A stretch of DNA of 32,000 nt from Copranaerobaculum intestinale (GTDB taxonomy: Bacteria > Bacillota_I > Bacilli_A > Erysipelotrichales > Erysipelotrichaceae), in the NCBI RefSeq assembly GCF_009831105.1, contig NZ_WUUQ01000001.1:450001-482000 (forward strand), written 5' to 3'. The notes beneath the pieces are model-generated. The model was not told the DNA's origin and made no database searches. It was given only the letters and a program-made list of their open reading frames with translations. The translations under genes and the position numbers were made by a program. Within the stretch, counting starts at the first letter, position 1; the number at the start of each line of letters is the position of its first letter. Below are positions 16,903 to 24,601 of the stretch, one piece after another.

Positions 16903-19900
16903 TTAAAAGAGCGAAATCATTTTAGCTAGCTTCAGGGAATAAATGTATATCTGAATTTTAAGTCCTGGATGCATTAGCTGAAACGCCTGTTTATATTGCT
17001 TCAGCTGATCCTGATATCGTACAATATACTCTTTTTCATCCATATTATGATCACTTTTGAAATCAATGATAACTGCTTGCTTCTCATTATACGCTACAAA
17101 GTCTATATAGCCGTGCAGAATCGTTTCTTTATCCTTAATGGTATAAGAATACTCAAAGTAGTGATTCGGCAATGAGAGGGCCTCCAAAAACAGTTTGTTT
17201 TGATATAATGCTTGTACCTCAGATCGATCCTGATCCTGAATTTGATAACCGGCAATTTCTTTGGCATCCTTCAGCTTTTCATAATTTGCGATAAGTTCAT
17301 GTAATGCGGTACCCCGATCAGCCCCCTTCTTGACAGGACATAACTCAAGTACGGATAAATCACGCTGATGAGCGGCGCTGGCAGTCTGAAAATGTACGGA
17401 CTGATTGACATAATCATAGGCAGGCAGGATCATTGACTGCTGTTTATCTTGGATGTTTTTAATGCTTGACCGCATATGAATCACATGCTCATAGGTAAAC
17501 AGCGCGCTATGCTCTTTTAAAAATGCATAAAGAATCCATGAGGAATATCCGCCTCTTTGATAGATGCGGCTTTGTGACAAATCATTTTGGTATTTTTCTT
17601 CATCTTTTACATAATCCACAATATGCATCTCTTCCTGAGCACGGGTCAGTGCAACATACAGGATTCGCATTTCCTCCTCCAGTTCTTCACGATTTTTTTT
17701 CTGTTCCATAGCAATTCGCGGTATTGTTGTGCGTACAAAACGCTGGGGCAGCTCCATGTGCTTCATGGCCAGACCCAAATCGTTGTCAATCAGCACCATT
17801 TCTTTAAAATCAATTGCCGGCTGCTGGGAATTGGACCACAGGAAGACGACCGGAAACTGAAGCCCTTTCGACTGGTGAATGCTCATCACCCGCACCACGT
17901 CATCATCGCTGCCGATCGGTATCGCTTCGGCAGTTTCCATGTCGGCAATTTCATCAACATATTTCAAGAATCCGGAAATGCTGAGTGATTCTTGTTTTTC
18001 CTTTTGATCAGCTATTTGATACAGCAAATCGAGATTTGTCCGATCCTGCAGGGTGATTTGCTTTTGATAGAATTGCTGAATCTCGTAAATTGATAAAATT
18101 TCCTCGGTGAGCGTCTTTGTATAAATCTCCTGAATGTGTTCCTCCAATATTTCAAATCCTTCAAAAGGGTATTTTTGATAATATGTATAATAGGACTCAT
18201 TCGGTGCTTTTAAAAGTGCGGCTTGTGCCAGATCTTCACTGCTTCTTTGCCCAAGCGCAGATAAAAGGACGGAGACCATAGCGATATCATCATGCGGATT
18301 GATGCACATTCTCAAGAATGACAGAAGAATCTGTACTGCATCTGACTGGTAAAATCCACTTTTTACATCAATGAATGAAGGAATATTTTGTTCATCTAAA
18401 GCGGCCTTCATATCATCCTTGCGGGCATTTCCCCGAACCAAAACAACAAAATCTTTCCAGCTTCGATGATCCTGCTGCTTTAACTCTAAAATTTTGGATG
18501 CAATATAAGAAGCCTTGCACACATTGGTATGGATCGCATATCCTGCTTCTTCTTTTAAAGCGGTGTAATCCAAAGCATGAAAGCAGATCGGCTTGTTATG
18601 CGTTTGTTGGGCGGGAGCACCGGTGGTCACATAGTCACTGCTTGCGTAGGAGCTTTCAAAACCCTTGATGTTCATGAGCTTGTCAAACAGCTGATTATTA
18701 AAATCAACGATCATCTGCTTTGATCGATAATTGCTTCTTAGGTAAATGATATCATCCTGTTCCCCCGCGTGTTCAATTAAGCCTTTCATCAATTGCGGCT
18801 TGGCATGACGAAAACCGTAGATCGACTGTTTGATATCGCCTACTCGAAATACATTATCGGGCTTGCAGATGAGTGAAACCAATGTATGCTGAACATCGTT
18901 GCTGTCCTGGAATTCATCGACCATGATCTCTTTAAACTGATCTCGGTATCGATCGGCAATCCTCCCATTATCGGCTTGTAGGATTGCTAAAGCAAAGTGC
19001 TCCATGTCATCAAAATCGATACCGCCTGCTCGTGCTTTTTCCTCGGCAAAGTATTGCAAATAATCTTTTGTGATCTCCAAAAGCTTATCAAGATCACGTG
19101 ACTGCGCTTCAAGATCCTTCAGCAAAGTGATTTCCGAATGCAGATCAGCCAGAGCGGAATCCTCCATTTCATGGATCTGTTTACGCAAATCTCCATATGT
19201 TTTATCATCCCGATTGGGAGCGGTAGGCAGAATAACGCGGCAGGCATTGATGAAATTCATACGGAATGCTTCATAAGCTTGCGTATCCAAGCAGGGTTTA
19301 ACAAGCTTCAGCGCTTCTATCTTTTTCTCGATGACCGCTTGTTTCTTCTCTTCCTTTGGATAGCGGACAGCGATAAGCTGATACAGCTCCTTGGTGGATT
19401 CCATAATCGTTTCCCAGATCATCTGATAGGCGTCAAAGAAATTTTGCTGAACCGATGAAGGAAGCTCTGTAAGTGATGAAAAATGTCCATAGGAAGCTTG
19501 TATCATTTGAAAATATGCCTGCTGATCCGATTGTGAGGAAGCAGCGGAAGCAATCCCGGTAATGATTTGACGGAAGCTTTCTTCACTCTCACTTCGTGCG
19601 GAAAAATATTGGGCAAGCGACAGAAAGACCGGATCCTTTTTTTGATACTGATTCGCAAAGGCACGTTCCATTGCCTGTTCAGCACACAGCTTTACGGTAT
19701 TCTGATCGAGAATTGTGCTGATTCGGCTATGTGGCAAATGCAATACATAATAATATTTTTGAACGATGGATAAGCAAAAGGAGTGAATGGTCGATATATA
19801 AGCATTTTGAAGCTGTGACAGCTGTGTTTGTATGTAATTCTGTTCAAGAGGATCATGCGTATTTTCAAGCTTATGATGAAGCTGGTCTGCCAATCTTTTT

Positions 19901-20094
19901 TTCATTTCGCTGGCTGCTGCTTCGGTAAAGGTCATGGCCAGGATTTCACGAATCTGAATGCGGTCATCAAGTACCCGCCGCACCAATCGTTCAATCAAAA
20001 CGGTTGTTTTTCCGGCTCCGGCGGATGCAGAGACAATGACGTTTTTATTTCTGGAAGTAATTGCACGCAGCTGATCAGGATTCCAATTCGGCAT
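16903..20094 (-). CDS. addA: ATP-dependent helicase/nuclease subunit A (AddA/RexA)
   Basis: UvrD/Rep superfamily-1 motifs are present: ASAGAGKTTVL (Walker A), TIHSFC, VDEFQDSN, SIHQSKGLQFPVVF, LYVALTRAQEEM. A C-terminal RecB-type nuclease block is present (HGYIDFVAY...AVIIDFKSD). I place the start at ATG 20094 (MPNWNPDQL, preceded by AAAGGGGGGAAAGG), not at 20127. It overlaps the addB stop by 20 nt. Confidence 0.9.
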   Translation of the reverse strand: MPNWNPDQLRAITSRNKNVIVSASAGAGKTTVLIERLVRRVLDDRIQIREILAMTFTEAAASEMKKRLADQLHHKLENTHDPLEQNYIQTQLSQLQNAYISTIHSFCLSIVQKYYYVLHLPHSRISTILDQNTVKLCAEQAMERAFANQYQKKDPVFLSLAQYFSARSESEESFRQIITGIASAASSQSDQQAYFQMIQASYGHFSSLTELPSSVQQNFFDAYQMIWETIMESTKELYQLIAVRYPKEEKKQAVIEKKIEALKLVKPCLDTQAYEAFRMNFINACRVILPTAPNRDDKTYGDLRKQIHEMEDSALADLHSEITLLKDLEAQSRDLDKLLEITKDYLQYFAEEKARAGGIDFDDMEHFALAILQADNGRIADRYRDQFKEIMVDEFQDSNDVQHTLVSLICKPDNVFRVGDIKQSIYGFRHAKPQLMKGLIEHAGEQDDIIYLRSNYRSKQMIVDFNNQLFDKLMNIKGFESSYASSDYVTTGAPAQQTHNKPICFHALDYTALKEEAGYAIHTNVCKASYIASKILELKQQDHRSWKDFVVLVRGNARKDDMKAALDEQNIPSFIDVKSGFYQSDAVQILLSFLRMCINPHDDIAMVSVLLSALGQRSSEDLAQAALLKAPNESYYTYYQKYPFEGFEILEEHIQEIYTKTLTEEILSIYEIQQFYQKQITLQDRTNLDLLYQIADQKEKQESLSISGFLKYVDEIADMETAEAIPIGSDDDVVRVMSIHQSKGLQFPVVFLWSNSQQPAIDFKEMVLIDNDLGLAMKHMELPQRFVRTTIPRIAMEQKKNREELEEEMRILYVALTRAQEEMHIVDYVKDEEKYQNDLSQSRIYQRGGYSSWILYAFLKEHSALFTYEHVIHMRSSIKNIQDKQQSMILPAYDYVNQSVHFQTASAAHQRDLSVLELCPVKKGADRGTALHELIANYEKLKDAKEIAGYQIQDQDRSEVQALYQNKLFLEALSLPNHYFEYSYTIKDKETILHGYIDFVAYNEKQAVIIDFKSDHNMDEKEYIVRYQDQLKQYKQAFQLMHPGLKIQIYIYSLKLAKMISLF

Positions 20095-22720
20095 GGCCTT
20101 TCCCCCCTTTCCGATATAGTGTGTCATCTGGTTCTACCAGAGGTTCTTTTTCATGGGTCAAACCATGATAACGGCAGATTGCATGATAGGGACAGAACTG
20201 ACATGCGTTTTGAGCAGGAGTCAGATCAAACTGACCGTCTTGAATACGGGAGGTAATTACTGCATACATCTGTTTTACTAATGCTCGCAGCACGTCGATA
20301 TCATATACTTTTCGTATACTGATTTCCTCATTCTTATTCATGCGGAATCCTTTTATATGCCGTCCGTCATCATCCATCAGCTGCCCATCTGTCTCAAAGG
20401 TCCAGCCATCCAGCCGATGTACTTTTATTTTTTGTTCTTCATAATCCGATTTGTCGAATGGAACATATTCAACCGGCCGGCGTTTCATTTTACCGGCGTC
20501 GGCTTGAATATTTTCGGTTTTCAGTGAAATATAGTACGCGCCACCGGGCTTTTTTTGAAATGTGTCTTGTGCGATCAGCGCGTAGGTGAGAAGCTGGAGC
20601 TGCTGGGCAGCGAATACTTTTGTTTCCGACAGATTTTTCCGGGAACTTTTATAGTCGATGATTCGAATCAAATCATCACAGACATCCAATCGATCAATGA
20701 TTCCCTTTACGGTCAAGGTCATATGTTTACCTAAAATCATGGAATACTCAAACGGATACTCACATGCGGCAGGCTGATAGCTTGTATGCTGTTCCATATC
20801 CTTTAAAATATCCATCATCGAAATCAGACTGCGGAAAAGGCGTTCCTCTAATATTTCAAAAACATTCTGCTGAGCAGTATAAATATTTCCGGCTTTCGTA
20901 AGCTCAGTATGTATAAGCTGCCGAATTTCCTCTGGCTTGGTGTTTGCGTACTGCTTACCGTATTTCTCTACCAGCGTTTCCAATACAAAGTGAGCCAGAG
21001 TACCGATACGGTTGGAAGAAAACGTATTGTCGAGCGGTTCCCGAATATTTAAACCATATTTCAAAAAATAGGAAAAAGGACAGCTGATATAGCGTTCTAA
21101 GGAAGAAATTGACCCGTGCATCATACCGTTTTTAACAAAGAGCTGTTTTGCGGTAGCGGGGTGGATATTCGGTTTCAATAAATTCTTGTTAAATTCTGAA
21201 AAAAGCGGGTACGGAACTGATTTTTTTTGGGAGAATAATTCTATTTCCAGGGCTGCTTCCTGCCCTTTGCCGCTGAAATCTCCTTGTGAATAGGAAAGGA
21301 TCAGATGCTGGCAGTCCTTCATTACCGCTTCCGTCTGATATAAATGCTTTTGATAGCGTTCCTCCATAGAAGGGAAAGCGATTTTACTGACATAGGCTTC
21401 ATCGAAAAATCCCTTTTGCGATGGAAATCCCGGATAATTTGCCTGCGTACATCCCATTACAAATAAATAGGAACGCGGCGGCAGCGGCCGTGCAAGATCA
21501 GTTATGAAAGCTCCCTGATAAGCGTCGGGGTTAACACTGCTGCTGAGAGTGTGCAGATAGTGTATGAAAAATAATAAATCCTCAGGCTGGTGAAGCTGTG
21601 GATACACATTCTGAAAGAGCTTTTGAAGTTTTTCCAGCTGCCGCTGATCGTTTTGTAAAATAGAGTAAATTTGATCATAAACAGCTCTCAACAAGGTATC
21701 GTAAGTATTTGCCTGCAGAATCAAATTGAGTTTGGATACAACCTCCTGACGCGCTTCTTCGGCGCAGGCTTCCAACCGGTCGAGCCGTTCTTTGTCATGC
21801 TTATTTATCAGCTCACTCATTAGATCCTGTTTCCGAATATGGTGAAAAGCTTTTTGAATATCTGCATCAAACAACTGTATATATTCTATCAGCTGCGGCA
21901 AATACGGATGCTTCATGAAATCGCTGTTCAGCACGGCAAACAAATTTTCATTGGTCGGATTCAAATAATATGTCAATAATTTCGCGGTGATCAGTATGGA
22001 TACATCGCGGGCATTTTCATGAAGGATTGTGAAGGGAATTTGATAATGCTTGAAGGTTTGCTTTATATAAGGAAGTAAATTGGGGTCACTCAGCATGATT
22101 ACACAGGATTCTGCATTGATGTGATGCCGAAGGATATATTGAGCACAGGATTCCGCCTCCTGACGAATATTGATCGCATGATAGAACTCTATTTGCGGCT
22201 GCTGATCCTGCTGATCAAGAAAAACAGCTCCTTTTTCACATAAGCGCTTTACCAGAATATCTGTGGCTGCTGGGTAGCGTGTCGGCATAACATATACATT
22301 TTCATCAATACTTTCTACTTGATTACAATGTTGTATCAGATCATCGGCTTTGGTATGCAAACTACAAAGAATATTCAGGATTTCCGCAAGTGCAGCTTCT
22401 TCGGCGGTGTCCCGCGGCAGGCTTTCCAGTGCGATGTCATATATTTTTAAGAGCTCTGCAAATTGCAGGCATTCAATAAGAAAGGATGGATCCTGAAGCT
22501 GTGTTTTAAATATATTGTCAGGTTGATTCGCCAGCAGCTTCCTCGCCTGGAACAGCTGTTCGACAGGATTGTATGAAGCGTGCTTGTTCAGCCAATTTTC
22601 GACCGATAGAATATCAATATTTGCGTATCCTGCATCACTTGAAAAAAGCACGCGTAAAAAGCCGTGCTGGTGGGCTGGAGCTAATAGAGTGGCATTTTGA
22701 GGCAGGTTCTTCATATCCAT
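20075..22720 (-). CDS. addB: Helicase/nuclease subunit B (AddB/RexB), compact 881-aa form
   Basis: It lies immediately upstream of addA and overlaps it. The C-terminal nuclease motif is IIDRLDVCDDLIRIIDYKSS. The four-cysteine Fe-S pattern typical of AddB is present: LERYISCPFSYF upstream plus CQFCPYHAIC (C-x2-C-x5-C) downstream. No GxxxxGK[ST] motif is found anywhere in the protein. Confidence 0.85.
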   Translation of the reverse strand: MDMKNLPQNATLLAPAHQHGFLRVLFSSDAGYANIDILSVENWLNKHASYNPVEQLFQARKLLANQPDNIFKTQLQDPSFLIECLQFAELLKIYDIALESLPRDTAEEAALAEILNILCSLHTKADDLIQHCNQVESIDENVYVMPTRYPAATDILVKRLCEKGAVFLDQQDQQPQIEFYHAINIRQEAESCAQYILRHHINAESCVIMLSDPNLLPYIKQTFKHYQIPFTILHENARDVSILITAKLLTYYLNPTNENLFAVLNSDFMKHPYLPQLIEYIQLFDADIQKAFHHIRKQDLMSELINKHDKERLDRLEACAEEARQEVVSKLNLILQANTYDTLLRAVYDQIYSILQNDQRQLEKLQKLFQNVYPQLHQPEDLLFFIHYLHTLSSSVNPDAYQGAFITDLARPLPPRSYLFVMGCTQANYPGFPSQKGFFDEAYVSKIAFPSMEERYQKHLYQTEAVMKDCQHLILSYSQGDFSGKGQEAALEIELFSQKKSVPYPLFSEFNKNLLKPNIHPATAKQLFVKNGMMHGSISSLERYISCPFSYFLKYGLNIREPLDNTFSSNRIGTLAHFVLETLVEKYGKQYANTKPEEIRQLIHTELTKAGNIYTAQQNVFEILEERLFRSLISMMDILKDMEQHTSYQPAACEYPFEYSMILGKHMTLTVKGIIDRLDVCDDLIRIIDYKSSRKNLSETKVFAAQQLQLLTYALIAQDTFQKKPGGAYYISLKTENIQADAGKMKRRPVEYVPFDKSDYEEQKIKVHRLDGWTFETDGQLMDDDGRHIKGFRMNKNEEISIRKVYDIDVLRALVKQMYAVITSRIQDGQFDLTPAQNACQFCPYHAICRYHGLTHEKEPLVEPDDTLYRKGGKGHAELES

Positions 22721-22737
22721 GGGAAAACCACGCTTTC

Positions 22738-23622
22738 TTATTTTAATGCCTGATTTGCATCGCGGATGATTGCCGCAACTTGTTCGTGGAGGTCAGCCCG
22801 ATCCAGTGCGAAATCGATCTGAGCCTTGATAAATCCAATCTTATCTCCGACATCATAGCGGCTGCCGATGAAATCGTAGGCATAAACTTCTTCGTATTTT
22901 GTCAAACGATCGATAGCATCGGTTAATTGAATTTCATTTCCTGAACCGGGCTCTTGCGTTTCCAACAATTCAAAAATCTTTGGTGTAAGTATATAACGCC
23001 CCAAAATTGCCATATTGCTTGGAGCATCTTCCAGTTTTGGTTTTTCCACAAAGCTTTGCACCTTCATACAACGATCTGATAACGACGCTTTGGGATCAAT
23101 AATGCCGTATTTATGCACGGCTTCATCTGCTACCCGCTGAACGCCGACCACACTGGCATTTTGTTCTTCATACACACGTACCAACTGTTCGGTTGCGGTA
23201 GGTCCATTTTTGTTAACAACAATATCATCACCCAAAAGGATGGCGAAAGGCTCATCACCGACAAAGGTTTTTGCGCACAAAACAGCATGTCCTAAACCGC
23301 GGGGATTCTTTTGACGTACAGAATAAATGTTAGCCATATTTGAAATATCCCGGCACATTGTCAAAAGCTCATCGCTGTGACTGGCATCCAGCCGCTTTTC
23401 AAGCTCAAAGCTTTGATCAAAATGATTCTCAATACTTGCTTTATGGGCATTGGTAATGATCAAAATTTCTTCAATGCCGCTTTTTACGGCTTCTTCAACG
23501 ATATATTGGATTGTTGGTTTATCTACAATAGGAAGCATTTCCTTTGGTACTGCTTTCGTTGCCGGTAAGAATCGGGTTCCAAAGCCTGCCGCGGGAATGA
23601 TTGCTTTTCTTATTTTTTTCAT
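22738..23622 (-). CDS. galU: UTP--glucose-1-phosphate uridylyltransferase
   Basis: The N-terminus KAIIPAAGFGTRFLPATKAVPKEMLPIVDKPTIQYIVEEA is canonical, with VGVQRV...YGII and LTD blocks further on. The length is 294 aa. A GGAGG SD lies upstream. Only 17 nt separate its stop from the addB start. Confidence 0.95.
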   Translation of the reverse strand: MKKIRKAIIPAAGFGTRFLPATKAVPKEMLPIVDKPTIQYIVEEAVKSGIEEILIITNAHKASIENHFDQSFELEKRLDASHSDELLTMCRDISNMANIYSVRQKNPRGLGHAVLCAKTFVGDEPFAILLGDDIVVNKNGPTATEQLVRVYEEQNASVVGVQRVADEAVHKYGIIDPKASLSDRCMKVQSFVEKPKLEDAPSNMAILGRYILTPKIFELLETQEPGSGNEIQLTDAIDRLTKYEEVYAYDFIGSRYDVGDKIGFIKAQIDFALDRADLHEQVAAIIRDANQALK

Positions 23623-23646
23623 GAAAGTTCCTCCGTCATTATATCT

Positions 23647-23655
23647 ATTTTAGCA
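23647..23655 (-). promoter_or_regulatory. Candidate extended -10 element for galU
   Basis: The minus strand reads TGCTAAAAT (TGn + TAAAAT) about 25 nt upstream of the galU ATG. No good -35 is present. Confidence 0.35.
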
Positions 23656-23769
23656 TATTACCAAAGAAATGGAAGCTTGGGCATTGCGGTTCATGAAGCA
23701 TTTATCTAATCATGAAGAACCTCATCAAAAATGGGTGTGGTGAATTGTTTGAAAAGGCATATATGTGCT

Positions 23770-23821
23770 TGTAAATATAAAAAAATGTAATATTACATGT
23801 AAATATTGTAATTCGATTGCA
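23770..23821. promoter_or_regulatory. Operator-like cluster: a 9-bp direct repeat flanking a 14-bp perfect palindrome, plus an adjacent imperfect palindrome
   Basis: TGTAAATAT occurs at 23770-23778 and again at 23798-23806. The perfect palindrome ATGTAATATTACAT lies at 23785-23798. TGTAATTCGATTGCA (6-3-6, one mismatch) lies at 23807-23821. The whole cluster abuts the -35 of the promoter candidate at 23826. Confidence 0.4.
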
Positions 23822-23825
23822 TATG

Positions 23826-23855
23826 TTGGAATTTCGATAACAGAACCCTTATAAT
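23826..23855 (+). promoter_or_regulatory. Candidate sigma-A promoter pointing toward the lytTR/comF genes
   Basis: TTGGAA (23826-23831), an 18-nt spacer, then TATAAT (23850-23855). The predicted start is around 23862. Confidence 0.45.
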
Positions 23856-23861
23856 GAATTT

Positions 23862-23955
23862 GCAAAAATAAAGAGAAACAATTTTTGGGATTCTAACAAG
23901 TACGCAATTCCTGCGCATTCCAGCTTGTACGGTTTCGATTTCTCTTTATTTTTGC
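23862..23955 (+). repeat. 94-nt element bounded by a perfect 17-bp inverted repeat (long hairpin)
   Basis: GCAAAAATAAAGAGAAA (23862-23878) is the exact reverse complement of TTTCTCTTTATTTTTGC (23939-23955). Additional inner pairings are ACAAG (23896-23900) / CTTGT (23924-23928) and CGCA (23903-23906) / TGCG (23912-23915). It begins at the predicted +1 of the 23826 promoter. Confidence 0.6.
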
Positions 23956-24104
23956 GACTGCTATTTATACTTTTGTGCAACTTGTCTGGTAAATAATGCA
24001 AGTGGCGTTTCAGAATATAGGAAATATCTGCAAATAGTGTATAATTCATAAGGTAAAGAAAGACTATTGGAATGTGGGAGATTTCAATAATTAGGTGGTG
24101 CAGT

Positions 24105-24560
24105 ATGAAATTTATACTCAAAGAAGATGAGACACTTCAGCGTGGTCATGTACGGATTAATTATCATAGTGATGATAAGGATATCACAAAGGGGATAGTA
24201 GATCGTTTTAAACTTTGTATGAATAAATGTATATTATATGATGTCAATAATCCACGGATCGAGCATAAGGTGATCTATGTGGAAATTTACATGATTGAAT
24301 TGAAGGATAATGAGGTTCTTGCGCATACAATCGGCGGTAAAATCCTGAAATTCCGCAAACGGTTCAATGATGTAAAAACGGAACTGTCAAAATATTATTT
24401 TGTGCAAATATCCAAAACGATGCTGGTGAATGTTCAGCATGTTGCATATTTTGAAACCGCGAATCATTACCGTTTAAAACTGACGATGGACAACGGTGAA
24501 GAATTTACGGTAAATCGGAGTTTTCATAAGAAATTCGTTGAAGCATATGAAAAGGTGTGA
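24105..24560 (+). CDS. Stand-alone LytTR-domain DNA-binding protein (no receiver domain), 151 aa
   Basis: The C-terminal ~95 aa fit the LytTR pattern: VIYVEIYMIELKDNEVLAHTIGGKILKFRKRFNDVKTELSKYYFVQISKTMLVNVQHVAYFE...LKLTMDNGEEFTVNRSFHKKF. I place the start at ATG 24105 (AGGTGG SD 7 nt upstream). The in-frame ATG 24072 is possible but has a poorer SD. Confidence 0.7.
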   Translation: MKFILKEDETLQRGHVRINYHSDDKDITKGIVDRFKLCMNKCILYDVNNPRIEHKVIYVEIYMIELKDNEVLAHTIGGKILKFRKRFNDVKTELSKYYFVQISKTMLVNVQHVAYFETANHYRLKLTMDNGEEFTVNRSFHKKFVEAYEKV

Positions 24561-24601
24561 TCTGTTTAGGATAACATCTTTTTTTTCGTATAAGAGATTG
24601 G

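Noticed and set aside
17523-20256. Several + strand ORFs of 60-142 aa (17523-17711, 17587-17988, 18375-18668, 19070-19458, 19567-19928, 19828-20256), plus small same-strand out-of-frame ORFs (18012-18200, 19503-19685)
   Set aside because: All lie entirely inside addA/addB, which have strong family motifs, either antisense or in another frame. Their translations are low-complexity and Cys/His/Phe-rich, with no SD-start context. They are typical shadow ORFs.
23669-23743. 24-aa ORF MEAWALRFMKHLSNHEEPHQKWVW with a Trp-rich C-terminus, vaguely like ComS/XIP-type competence pheromones, near comF and a LytTR gene
   Set aside because: There is no SD (CCAAAGAA precedes the ATG). It sits inside the galU promoter region, upstream of the only plausible + strand promoter. 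XIP-type peptides pair with Rgg/ComR regulators, not LytTR. It would only be worth revisiting if small-peptide proteomics or conservation supports it.
23807-23821. cre-like site TGTAATTCGATTGCA (CcpA operator?)
   Set aside because: The half-sites fit TGWAA...WWCA, but the element is 15 nt with an extra central base relative to the 14-nt cre consensus. I kept it only as part of the operator-cluster finding, not as a cre call.
23849-24121. 90-aa - strand ORF in the galU/lytTR intergenic region
   Set aside because: It reads straight through the 17-bp inverted repeat and overlaps the LytTR start. It has no SD, and its composition simply mirrors AT-rich DNA.
24579-24594. T8 run followed by TCGTATAAG just upstream of comFA, superficially like the streptococcal ComX cin-box (T-rich + TACGAATA)
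   Set aside because: The sequence is not TACGAATA in either orientation. It lies only about 8-11 nt from the comFA start codon, too close for a promoter that must leave room for an RBS.
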